Source: Leucoraja ocellata
Lineage: Eukaryota
Reading direction: 5' to 3'
Length of the DNA stretch: 64,000 nucleotides
NCBI GenBank assembly: GCA_036785375.1
Contig: JAWMAR010000007.1
Location: 11,098,001-11,162,000 of the forward strand
Below are positions 26,131 to 37,605 of this stretch, piece by piece. A program made the translations under genes and the position numbers. The notes beneath the pieces were generated by a model. The model worked only from the letters and a program-made list of their open reading frames with translations. It was not told the origin of the DNA and searched no databases. The stretch's first letter is position 1. Every line of letters starts with the position of its first letter.

Positions 26131-26430
26131 CAGTTCTACGTTCATCTGTCTTCCTCATGATACTCTTGCATTGTCAATAAGCAACACTACAGCCCATGTG
26201 TGGGTTTGATATTTGAGCTGCCACTTATGTGGACTGCACTCTTACGATTGGCTTCACTTTCTCATGTTTGAACAGAGGTGAACGCCACTGTCTCATCTCC
26301 AATGTTAGTGTTGACGGGGAGACTTGTGGCATCTCCAGTGATATTGTCATCAGCCTCTAGCTATGGTGGTTTGGGTCAGGTAATATTGACTTTTGAGGCA
26401 GTTCTGGCCAGTTCTTATACTTAACAGTAA

Positions 26431-27090
26431 AGGGCTTGTCCCACTTAGGTGATTTTTTAGGCGACTGCCGGTGACTGTCATGGTCGTAGCAGGTTGCCGA
26501 AAAACGGGTGACTGGACCCCCCCCTACGACAATGTCTACAACAACATACAACCTAGTCGACGTTAAGCCATGACAACCGGCGACTCAATCGTCACGACTT
26601 AGGACGTCCACCTACGACCACACCTAGACAACCCTACGACCACACAGGTGACAACCTACGAGTCAAACGACCTCCCACCCGCGACAAGCTACGACAAGCT
26701 ACCACCCTGTCGGTGACAATTGAAGACTTCTCTTGACGCCGGTAGTTGTCGCCGGTTGACGCAGGTTGACGTAGGTAGTCCCCAAATGAATTCATCGAAG
26801 TCAGCACCAGCGACAACATACATCATCCTGGCAACAACCTATGTTATCCTGGCGACAACTTACGACAGCACCTACGTCAGGAGAAGACAAGCTACGACAA
26901 GCCCAAGATCGCTGAGTGTCGCCAAAAAGATTTGAACATTACAAAATCCTGCGGCGACCAGAAAAACGCTACGGATCTTTGGGCGACTTGAGGAGACGAC
27001 TCACGACCCTACATGTGACACCCGGCAACCGTGTGGTGACCGCCTAGTTACCTGTTGTCGCCTAATAATCGCGTAAGTTGGACAGGCCCT
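26431..27090. mobile_element. PIF/Harbinger-type MITE
   Basis: Imperfect TIRs AGGGCTTGTCCCACTTA / TAAGTTGGACAGGCCCT with a TAA duplication on both sides; non-coding CGAC-rich interior. Confidence 0.85.
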
Positions 27091-27323
27091 TAAGCAAGTT
27101 ATTGAAATTGTTGTATTAAATGTTAACACAAAAGCTTCATGCTGCCCAGACAGAAGATGAGGTGCTGTTGCTTGAGATTGGGCCTCGTTAGAACAATGCA
27201 GGAGGTCTGAGACAGACAGATCAGAGCGGGAGTGGGATGGGGAATCAATGTCACAGGCATGGATGATGTATTTTTATAAACCATGTGGAATAGATTGTTA
27301 AATACAACTTTTCTCTATACAAG

Positions 27324-27686
27324 ATGGAAAGAAGAACACATCGATGGTGATTGGGAACAGAAGAGATTCAGCCACACTGCCCTGCTCCTTCAGCCCCTTG
27401 AACAAGAATCCCAGCCCCATCACTGTCCGCTGGATGAAGGGGAATCCACGGGAAGAGTCCACAGTCTTTAATCACACCCACCCCCAATCTGTGAACCCTC
27501 CCTCCACTGTCACTGTAAAGGGAGGAGGTCGATATAAGCTGGTGGGAAAACTAGACCAGGGAGACGCCTCTATCAGCGTGAAGGAGCTCAGACTGGACGA
27601 CAGCAGTGACTATTTCTGTTACGTTTGGGTCAGGAATTCCACACAGGAGACGGTGACTCAGGATGAGACTAAACTGGAGGTTGTGG
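27324..27686 (+). CDS. Siglec-15-like receptor, V-set exon 4
   Basis: Acceptor ctctatacaag|, donor G|gtaagg. ATLPCSF, VRWMKG, GRYKLVG, GDASISV, DSSDYFC, TKLEVV; 363 nt. Confidence 0.88.
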
Positions 27687-28336
27687 GTAAGGAAATATCT
27701 ATCTGTGTTGTCCTTGTGAACGATAAAATCACATTAACAACTGTAAGAGGACATGAGATCCACTGACAGCTGGAGCCGAGATCAGCCCAATCCATTGTAG
27801 GTTCCATTCCTTGCCCTGGGCTTCCCTTGCTCAGCACTGCCCCTAGTGGTTGGAAAACAGTGCTGATTCCAGCCAGGATGCATGGAGCTCCCTGTAGCAG
27901 GATCAGAGATTCAGAACCATATTCACCAGCTGAACCTCCAGTCCCTGTGTCTGTGACATGGTCTGTGTTACAAAGATCCACAGACAGCCCTGGGGTATCA
28001 TCCATCTCTTTCATTCACATTGACTCCGGGATCCTGTATGTTCTCTCACTGAATATTACATAGAACAGTACAGCACAGGACCAGGCCCTTTGGCCCGCAA
28101 TATCTGTGCAGAATATAATGGTTCTGTAAGTTAAACTAATATCATCTGCCGATACATGATCCATATCCCTCCATTCCCTGTAGATCCATGTGCTTCTCAA
28201 AGACACTGTCATATCTGCAAATATTTCACTGCAGTCTCCTAGATGTGTCCTTCCAATCCCCATTCAGATGGAGTTTATCTGCACACACCAACAGTGATTA
28301 ATTCAATGAATTTAATACATTTCTTCCTTCTCCAAG

Positions 28337-28708
28337 TCCCAGCCACCATCCTGGAGCTGTTCGTTGTGAGCGACAATGTAACTGGAGAAGCCACCCTTGT
28401 GTGCAGGGCTGAAGGGAAGCCCCCTGCAAACATCGTGTGGATCAGCCCAGGGAACGGCTCCATGCCCGTGAACATTAGTGAGATGATAGTCACACATGAT
28501 CCAGAGAAACTACTGACTGTGGGAGAGCTGCTTCACCTCAGGCTGCCAGGGAAATACACGTGTGTGGCTGAGAATGAACACCAGATAGACACGCGTGAGA
28601 TCCGCCTTTTCGAGGATGGACGAAGTGATGAAGTGTTGGCCATTCGGGCTGCCATTTATGCCGTCTATTTTGTTATAATTGGCCTCACATTCTGCTGGTT
28701 GAAGAGAG
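28337..28708 (+). CDS. Siglec-15-like receptor, C2-set domain plus transmembrane exon
   Basis: Acceptor ttctccaag|, donor G|gtgaac. LVCRAEGKPPANIVW...GKYTCVAEN...IRLF resembles the recalled Siglec-15 CTAEGEPPPALAW...GRYTCTAAN...VYLF. TM reads VLAIRAAIYAVYFVIIGLTFCWL, followed by KR. Confidence 0.88.
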
Positions 28709-29701
28709 GTGAACGTCTCCATCTCAGCTCCATTGCCGGTGTCAACAGGAGGGATGCTGCACCTCCAGTGACAGTGTCAGGTTCTTTTGTTGTGGATCAG
28801 GCTGTGTAACTTCGGAGATAAACAATGCTCCATTCCCGCAGCTATGACCGTGTGTCTGTGGGGTACATGCAGCTGTCCTCACGTCAGTCCGACTCAGCGG
28901 CCCCTCCCTCAGTAGTGTATCCGATACTTTTGCTACTGCATTGCTGCTGATTCCGGCATCCACATAGAACTCAAATTTCACATGGCTCTTAGCTGTCTCC
29001 CTTCATCCTAAACTATGGCTTAATCTCTACATTAGCTGACCGTGGCCTTGGCAGCTTTGAATAGCTTTTCCCTGATCCTCATTTCCCACCACTAGTCTCT
29101 GCATTCAGTGGATCAACCTTTATAGCTTCTGTTACCATCGGTGCTGGCACACCAACAGACACATCTTCCACCTGCCTACACTTTCGGCATCCGGAAGGGT
29201 CCTTTCCCTTTGCGACTCCATCATCTGCTCTTCCATTCCATTCAACCATTTACTCGGAACAGTGCATGGTGTAGCTTTCCAGGCTAGACTGTGCAATCAA
29301 CAATATTGGTGAGCTCACTTTCTCTGTCTGTGTCAAAGCTGGTCAGATGTGTTGTAGATAATCCATCTGCATTATGAACTTGTTTTCCTCTCTCTACGGG
29401 CACGGCCTGATCTGTGGCCATCTCCTGTAGCTCTGGCTTGCTTTTGCAGTTTCTACATGCTCTCTTTCTAACTGCCCAGATAGCTTTGTCAATCATTTAT
29501 TACTATGGAAACCAGGCCTTTCCCTATATGTCATTCCTTTTCGCTCTCTCTATGTCACTCTTTCTGCGCCAACAATCTTTTTTATTGTCTCAGCTATTCA
29601 ATCAGAAGCATGAACTCTTTCTCTCTGCACAGATGCCGCCCTGACCTGTTGAGTATCCTCTGCACTCTGGAGAAACATTCCCTTTTCCTTGCGGATCACA
29701 G

Positions 29702-29928
29702 GTGGCCCCTGCATTATGGAGCGTTGCCTGTCAGCTGAAACAACATCATATTTTTTGGCACTAATTCCAAGAGTGAATATTTTATTCTGCATCTCATATT
29801 TTTCACTGGTGATTTGTGAATTCTGCAAGGGAGAATTTCCATTACCGGAACAGCCGGAATATGGGCTATACCCAAATTGGACTGGTGGTTGGGTTCAAGA
29901 ATTGGGCACGTCTTGTAACATGAGATGA
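29702..29928 (+). CDS. Candidate cytoplasmic/terminal exon of the receptor
   Basis: Pyrimidine tract and cacag| acceptor in the correct phase, reading GGPCIMERCLSAETTSY...; no homology support. Confidence 0.2.
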
Positions 29929-30849
29929 GATCTCCTGGTAAAGTGTAATGACTACATTGAAGAATCTGGAACCCAGTTCACTTGTGTCTGAAGCCGATGT
30001 GCTAAGCTTTAATTAAGGCATTTACAATGGTGTGTTGCAGTTGGTTAAAGTAGTTTCAAAATGATAGAAAATGCCTACAGTAATGTTGTGAAGTTTATTT
30101 AAAAGAGGATTGGGAGATTGTAAGACTGAAGTAAACATCTTAAAAAATTATGAGGACAGGGTTGATGGAGAAAATTGGTAAATATAAAACAGATGAAAGG
30201 AGCTTCTGCAAGTATATAAAAGGAACAGTCTCCAAAGCAAACAATGGATGAAAGCACCAAAAATACTGCAGAGACGCTGTCTGACGATGCAAAGATAGGT
30301 GGGTTAGCAAGTGATGAAGACACAATAGGCCGGCACAGACATATAGATGGTTAAGGGAGTGGGGGAAAAATCAGCTGAATTAGTATGATGGGGGGAATGT
30401 ACCCCGTAATGTTTCTTGTGCAATAAAAACCGGCATTCCATTTGTCTTTACAACTGCTTAGAATACCTGCACGCAAGTCTCGTGTTTCACGTGTACGTAC
30501 CCAATTTTAGGGGAAAATGAAACGACAAGTTATTATTTGATTGGTATGTGACTGCAATCATTTTCTTAACTGTCTTCCACGTATCTTAACACCATCACCC
30601 TCATTCTACGGCCCACTGGTTCCTATTAGATTTCATTCCCCCACTATCAGTGCTATTTTGCATACCTACCTAATTTTTGCAAACCTACCTGTGGTATTTG
30701 ATTAAAGATCTTCTGAACGTGCAGATACACTGCACCCACTCACATTTTCCTACCAATTACATTCTTGGAAAAAAACTCCCAGCGCAGCTGTCAACCATTG
30801 AATAAATAAAAATGCTTGCAGTTCTGATTTCCCCAGTACAGGAAGTGTG

Positions 30850-31302
30850 GGAAAGCTCTTTGGAGAGGGTGCAGAAAAGGTTTACCATGATTAGAAAGTA
30901 TGAGCTATGAGGAGAGGCTGGACATACTTGGATTGTTTTCTCTGGAGAGTCGGAGATTGAGGGAAAATCTGATAGAAGTATAAAAAAACTATGAGGCAGA
31001 GATTAGGTAGACAGTCAAAACCTTTTCCCCAGGTAGAAATTACTAAGGCTAGAGGGTATAGTTTTGATACGAGGGGCAGGTTTTTTTTGACATGGGGTGA
31101 TGGGGCCTGGATTGCCCTGACAGGTTTAGTGGAATCAGATACAATAGGGCATCTAAGAGGCAATTAGATAGATACATGGATATGCAGGGAAGGAGGGATG
31201 TGGATCACATGTAGGCAGAAGAGGTTAGTTAACCAGCCATCAAATTTGGTAGGGACATGATGGGCTGAAGGGCCTGTTCCTGTGCTGTACTGTTCTATGT
31301 TC
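30850..31302 (+). mobile_element. Old CR1 3' fragment
   Basis: GAGAGGGTGCAGAAAAGGTTTACC...GGGCTGAAGGGCCTGTTCCTGTGCTGTACTGTTCTATGTTC. Confidence 0.75.
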
Positions 31303-31524
31303 AGAAAAATACAAATTTGATTTTATCTAATCCTTTGAAACTTTCAAAATGTGCTGTTATCACATGTATAGATTCCAGCAAAATAAATGCTAATTGTGTG
31401 AGCCTAACTGGTGTGTAGTTTGTTTATTTATCTCAAACATCAATTGTTGCATTTGACACTTGCAAACCTTCAGAAAACATTGCAGAGGATGTGAATTTGG
31501 GGCCATTACGTCCAGTGCATTTTG

Positions 31525-31555
<31 letters not shown>

Positions 31556-31709
31556 CTGTACGAATGGAGGAGACACAGGTGAGGGCATCATCCACAACTG
31601 TAGGGTGTGTGGAGTGTGTGGGGGCAACCATGTTTCCTCTAAAAGGAGGACATCCCAGATCTCCTAGAGTGGAAATCACCCATCTTGAAATCATCTCAAG
31701 ATGAGGAGA

Positions 31710-32450
31710 TCACAATCAATCAATCACAATGATACTTTATTAGCCAAGTATGTTTTGCAACATACGAGGATTTTTAATTTGCCAAGTCAGTCATATAAAT
31801 AAAAAGCAACGGAACACACAAAATACATTTTAACATAAACATCCACCACAGTGACTCCTCCACATTCCTCACTGTGATGGAAAGCGAAAAAAATTCCATC
31901 TCTTCCCTTTGTTTTCCCGCGGTCAGGGGCCTCGAGCCCTCCGCTGACGGGATGATCTTGACTCCCGTAGCCGGCGGCATTTGGGCCTCCGCATCATCAG
32001 CTCCTGTGTCGGTGGGGGGTGTCAGATCGGACCCCCGAGTTGGGGCTGGTCGAACCTCTGTGTCTTTGGAGCTCCCAACCCGGCCTCTCTCGAGACTGCG
32101 AGCTCGATGGTAAAGTCCGCAGGCCACGATTGGAATGATCCCAGGCAAGGGATCTGCTTTGATCTTAAGTCCATGCCCCGCAGTGGGGCTCCAAAGTGAG
32201 TTCGAGGAGGCCTCCAGCTCCACTGATGTTAGGCCGCAGAGCGACCAGAGATACGACCCGGAAAACATCGCATCTCCGGCAAGGTAAGAAACTGAAACAA
32301 AAAGTTTCCCCCAACCCCCCTCCCCCCTCCCCCCACATAAAACAAACCGGAGAACATTCATACAATCTTTTAAAACACACAAATATTTTTAAAAGGCCTG
32401 AAAAGCAGACAAGACTGTTGGCGAGGCTGCCAATCGTGCACCGCCCCTGG
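31710..32450 (-). mobile_element. Non-autonomous retroposon with a Rex1-like 3' tail; related copies around 46545-47830 and 49702-49800
   Basis: (GATT)n tail and AATAAA on the minus strand; GC-rich body; CTGTGGTGGATGTTT motif shared with ~47807. Confidence 0.55.
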
Positions 32451-34335
32451 TGGAACAGGCAATATGGGTTTGGGGAGTTGTCAGGTTGGTGGTTTTCATG
32501 GAAAGTGATGGGATGTGTTATGGGATGGGAGACAGAGGTCTGCTGGCTGTTCGTAGCTCACTATACGAGGAGGTGTATAAAGAGCTGTCCTGTGGACACA
32601 CTAAGGGTGTAAGGAAAACATCTATCAGAACGAGGGTGGATCTGATCTACGGTAGTAATGTGTGAACAAGTACTGATGGAACTGTGAACAATTACCCCCA
32701 CGCTGCTCAATAAAACTTTGTACCTTCACCTTTTCCCATTCCCACCCCAGCTTTTGCAGACTTTTACAGGATGATTTTATAGAATACGATTTACCAAGAG
32801 AATCAGATGAAAAGGCAGCCCTTTTGTACCAGGACAGAAAAACAAAATGACTCCTTGACAAATAACAAGAGCAACACAGTAGACTGTAAATCAAATGGCA
32901 GTAAAGTTGAGGACGGGGAGAAGACCAGGGTGGGGACATTAAAAAAGGGAGCACTGTGAGCAGAGGTGCAAGGTTCAGCCACTGATTGATGTTTCGCTCT
33001 AGAAATTCAGGAAAGGGCTTAGACTGGAGTGGAGAAGATTGTACAAATATCAAGCTGCCAATAGAAATTGTTGAATAATTCATAGACATGGATCACACAG
33101 AGCACATGAACAGGCACTCGGCCCATTACGTCCATTCTGACCATCCAATGCCCTCCAGTACTGACCCTACTTACCTGCACTTAGTCCACGAAGATGAAGG
33201 GGAGGCGATGGGTGGATTCACGAAACTTCCATGGATCACACCACATGGTCAGGCCAGCAGGCTATGTTTCCTCCAGATTTCTCCCTATCCCTCTGGATCT
33301 CTCCTTATCTCTCTGCATCTCTCCCTCTCCCTCAGGATCTCTGACTCAAGACCTCTCCATCTTCCTCAGGTTCCGTTTCCTCCATCAGGAGCACTCGTTC
33401 TCCCTCAGGATCTCTCCTCTCCCTCTAGGTCTCCACCAACCACCCACAGCTGCAGCAGCAACCATGGTGCGCTTTCTCTCCATCCCCAGCAACCACCCGC
33501 ACTCCCTTCACAAACCCTCCCCCCCTCTCACAAACTTACCCATCCAGTCTTCTCTATTCACAAACCCTCCCGTCCCCTCCCCTCACAAACATATACCATC
33601 CCCTCCCCTCACAGACACATCCCATCCCCGCCACTCTCCTCACAAACCCTCCCATCTCGTCCCGTCCCCTTATTAAGACACCCATGCTGTCCCATCACAA
33701 ACTCACACATCCCTTCCCAAATCCTTCCTGCCATCGCCTCCCCCCACAACCTTCCTAACTCCTCACAAATCCACTCTGACAGCGTGGAAACAGGCCCTTC
33801 GGCCCAACTTGCCTACACACCTGCCAACATGTCCCAGCTACATTAGTTTCACCTACCTGCGTTTGGACCATATGCCCCCAAACCTATCCTATCCATCTGC
33901 CTGTCTAACTGTTTCTTAAATGTTAGGACAGTCCCTGCCTCAACTACCTCCTCTGGCAGCTCGTGCCAAACTTTGTGTGAAAAAGTTACCCCTCAGATTC
34001 CTATTAAATCTTTTCCCCTTTACCTTAAACCCACGTCCTCTGGTCCTCGATTCCCCTACTCTGGGCAAGAGATTCTGTGTGTCTACCTGATCTATACCTC
34101 TCATGATTGTGTACCCCTCTATAAGATCATCCCTCATCCTCCTGTGCTCCAAGGAATATCATTAACCTCTCCCTATAGCTCACAGGAGCTCTCTTCCCTC
34201 ACAAACCCTCATGTCCCCTCCCCTCACAAACCAAACCCATACCCTCCCATCATGCCACCAATACCATAGTGTCATCATAATACCACCCATCTCCTCCCAT
34301 TATAATACCACTCATCTCCTCTCCATAATCCTCAC

Positions 34336-34640
34336 CCTCTCTGGCGCGGGGAAGGTTCTGGGCGTGAAGACACCGGTGCCATTTTGTACCCGTGACCATT
34401 GGCGATGCGAGGGCGCAGCGGGGAGCGACGGGCCGAGTGGCGGCAGGGAGCGGCCACGCCGGACCGCGGGGAAGCATCGGAGCAGGTGATGGAGACAATT
34501 GGCCTCGGCGGGAAGGAGGGAGGTTTGGAGACGGCCGCCTCTCAGGCCAGGGGACCTCATGGTCGGGGTGCCAGCCTCCTGCGCTGTCGGTGTGGAGCTC
34601 GCAATCTTCTCCTCGCCAATGATCTCCGCTTCCCTCTGAC
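34336..34640 (-). promoter_or_regulatory. CpG-rich island with a candidate first exon on the minus strand
   Basis: CCAAT boxes at 34398, 34498 and 34616; YY1-like GCCATTTTG around 34380; aaaATGG at 34382; donor GG|gtgagg at 34336/34335; G-rich tract downstream on the minus strand. Confidence 0.4.
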
Positions 34641-35544
34641 ACACGCAAGTCAATGGCTCATGGTTATCAATGATCTCCTTGATAATGCCGGGCAGAAACA
34701 GGTCCTTCGGCCCACCGAGTCTGTACTGACCATCGGGAAACCATGTACATTGTGTGTAGAAATTTCACAAACAAGGGAGCTGTCTTGGCCTACCATCAAC
34801 CTCCGTAGAGACTCTCGAACTATATTTAATTGGACATTACTGGAATTTACCTTGCACTAAAGGTTATAGGGGGTTGCACGTAAGGTCATTGGGTCAAAGG
34901 GCGTGACGCACGGAACAGCTCAATCTGTCTGGAGGACATGGCAGCTTCCGGTATACACTGCTAACACATGAAACACGTACTTTCTTACCTGTTAAAAACT
35001 GCCGAAATGGTCAATTTTTGTGCTGCAAATAATTGTGGAGGGTGACTGAGCGCTCTGAACCAAATGCTCCAGTATCTTTGCTCTAAACCCGAGCACCAAG
35101 GTGTAAGCGGCTGAAGGAGCGCATCCCCTCGGGACAGCCCCCACTCTACCCCCGGGGTCAACGTTGTCCGGCCACAGCCACCCTCCACCCACGCTCCACC
35201 TGTGCGGCCGCACTGTCACGTGCTGTGGGTCGGCAGCGCCCACGCAGGGTGCCAGGTGGGGCGGGGCCGCGGATCCCGGCAGCGGACACATGAGGACGCA
35301 AACCCGGCAATGTCCTGGCGCTGCGGCATCCGCCCACTCTCGCCCCTCTCCGCCCCCCCCCCCCCCCCAGACCATACCCCCACCCCCACCCTCCACATCA
35401 CGACCACCCCCCTCACCGACCAACCCCCAACTACGCCCCCCCTGGATCACCCGTCAAACCCCCCCCCCCCCCTCACCGACCTCCTCCCGGGGGTCCGCAA
35501 GCGTGGAACCAGTCAACATGGAGTGAATGAGGGGTGGAGTGAAT

Positions 35545-35945
35545 TAGAAGAATGAGGTGGGACCATCATTGAAACAAACAGAAAATGAAAGGCTTGGACA
35601 GAATGGATGTGGGGAGGATGTTTTCGATAGTGAGAGAATGCAGGACTAGAGATCATAGCCTCAGAACTAAAGGACTTTCCTTTCGGAAGGAGATGAGGCG
35701 GAATTTTTTTAGACAGAGGGTGGTGAATCTGTGGAATTCTTTACCACAGAACGCTGCGGAGCCCGTCAATGGATATTTTTAAGGCCGAGATAGATAGATT
35801 CTTGATTAGTACAGGTGTTGGGAGGTTACGGGGAGAAGGCAGGAGAATGGGATGAGCAGAGAGAGATAGATCAGCCATGATTGAATGGGGGAGTAGACTT
35901 GATGGGCCAAATGGCCTAATTCAGCTCCTTTTCCTTAGGACTTTA
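35545..35945 (+). mobile_element. CR1 3' fragment
   Basis: KGLDRMDVGRMF...RVVNLWNSLP. Confidence 0.8.
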
Positions 35946-35953
35946 TGACCGCA

Positions 35954-36534
35954 CTAGACTAACTGGGACCTGTTCGGTCCCATTCACACACGGGAGGGAG
36001 GGCTGGTCCCCAACGCAATCTTCCACCTCTCCACCAATTCCAATATTCCACCACTCACGCATAGCCCCCAACTGCGCAGGTGTGGCTGACCCCCGCCTCC
36101 CCTCACACCCTCAGCCCCCCACTCCGCCCCTTGCCTTTCACCTCCCCCAAGCACTCACTCCATCCTCCCCTCAGCACCCCCTACCCCATCCACTCTTAGC
36201 GGCTCTATGGCGGCACAGCCATTCCCTCCNNNNNNNNNNNNNNNNNNNNNNNNNNNNNNNNNNNNNNNNNNNNNNNNNNNNNNNNNNNNNNNNNNNNNNN
36301 NNNNNNNNNNNNNNNNNNNNNNNNNNNNNNNNNNNNNNNNNNNNNNNNNNNNNNNNNNNNNNNNNNNNNNNNNNNNNNNNNNNNNNNNNNNNNNNNNNNN
36401 NNNNNNNNNNNNNNNNNNNNNNNNNNNNNCTGAGCAAGGTGGCCAAAAATGACGGCCGTAGGTGGTGGTGTTCTATTGGAAATTGCAGCACAGATGGCCA
36501 AAAGCGGTCAAGAACAGAGATTTAGTAATATAGA
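35954..36534 (-). mobile_element. Non-autonomous Helitron-like element A (spans an N gap)
   Basis: Minus-strand 5' TCTATATTACTAAA at 36534; 3' hairpin GGGACC-GAACA-GGTCCC followed by CTAG|T at 35954. Confidence 0.65.
36230..36429. other. Assembly gap (N run)
   Basis: Run of n. Confidence 1.
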
Positions 36535-37605
36535 CTAGACCAAGTGCAGACCCGTTGGGTCTGTTCCCCCAACACGCGGTTGTGGGGGGAGGGGGGAGGC
36601 GGCACGCAACGTCACACACACTAACTATCCCCCCCCCCCCGCACTCACGCTAATTACCCCCTTGATATTATATTAATATTATTAATTTGCTCCTTTTACC
36701 CATAACCACCCTATCTACTGACGCATAGCCCCCAACTTGCAGTCACATCTAGAGAGGGGGCGGGGGGCGGGGGGGGGGGGGGGGTGTAGGGAGTGAGGGC
36801 AGAGAGAGAAGGGGCAGAGACAGAGAGAGAAACAGAAACACAGAGAGAGGGGCAAGAAGGATAGGGGGGTGGAGAGGAGGATAAGAGGGAGGGTGGGTGA
36901 GGGGGGAAAGGTGGGGGAGGAGGGTAGGAGAGAGGAGGGTGAGAGTGAGGGGGAGAGAGGGATTGCTGAGAGGGGAGTGAGGGAGAGAGGTGGGGAGCAG
37001 GGAGGGGGAGGGAGGGTGGAGGGAAGAGGGTAGGGAGTGTGGAGGGGAGGGGGTTTAGGGGAGGAATGGTGAGGGGAGATGGAGGGGAGGGGGGGAGAAA
37101 AAGAGGGGAGAGAGAGGGGGAGAGGAGGGGGGGAGGAGAGGAGAGGGGGGAGGAGAGGGGGGAGAAGAGGGGGGGAGGAGAGGGGGGAGGAGAGGGGGGG
37201 AGGAGAGGGGGGAGGAGAGGAGAGAGGGGGGGAGAGGGGGGGAGATGGGGAGAGGGGGAGAGGAGAGGGGGATAGAGGAAAGGGGGGGAGAGGAGAGAGG
37301 GGGAGGAGAGGGGGCGGAGAGGAGAGGGGGGAGGATAGGGGGAGAGGAGAGGAGGGGAGAGGGAGAGGGGGAGGAGGAGAGGGGGGAGTAGGAGAGGGAG
37401 GAGAGGAGAAGGGGAGGGGGAACCTAAAAAACTATTTAGAACCAAAAAAAACACATCTGCAAGTGTTTTAGAACCACTAAGGACACTTACATTTGAGTAG
37501 ACATGTGTTCAGTATTCACAGCTCGGAGAAACATGACCCTCTGCCTTCCTCCAGCTTGCAGACACTGATTGAGGCACACCACTTCCTGGTTTTATAGTCC
37601 CTCCC
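36535..37605 (-). mobile_element. Non-autonomous Helitron-like element B with an internal GA-rich low-complexity tract; 5' end not seen
   Basis: Minus-strand 3' hairpin CAGACCC-AAC-GGGTCTG followed by CTAG at 36538-36535; GA tract ~36760-37420. Confidence 0.6.

Noticed and set aside
10596-27686. Rearranging Ig/TCR V segments
   Set aside because: Each exon includes its own G strand and ends at a GT donor; no heptamer/nonamer RSS follows.
10596-28708. Assigning the symbol SIGLEC15
   Set aside because: The architecture differs, V1 lacks the extra Cys pair, and the TM has no Lys; orthology needs phylogeny and synteny.
29788-29808. ISYFSL ITIM-like motif in the candidate tail exon
   Set aside because: The exon itself is weakly supported and the motif sits in a hydrophobic stretch, so it may be chance.
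32450-32665. ORF containing SLYEEV (ITIM-like)
   Set aside because: No convincing splice acceptor, and the context looks like decayed repeat.
33088-33846. 252-aa Pro/Ser-rich ORF
   Set aside because: C-rich low-complexity sequence with CR1 tail fragments.
36711-37471. Pro-rich and Gly/Glu/Arg-rich ORFs
   Set aside because: Translations of a GA low-complexity tract.
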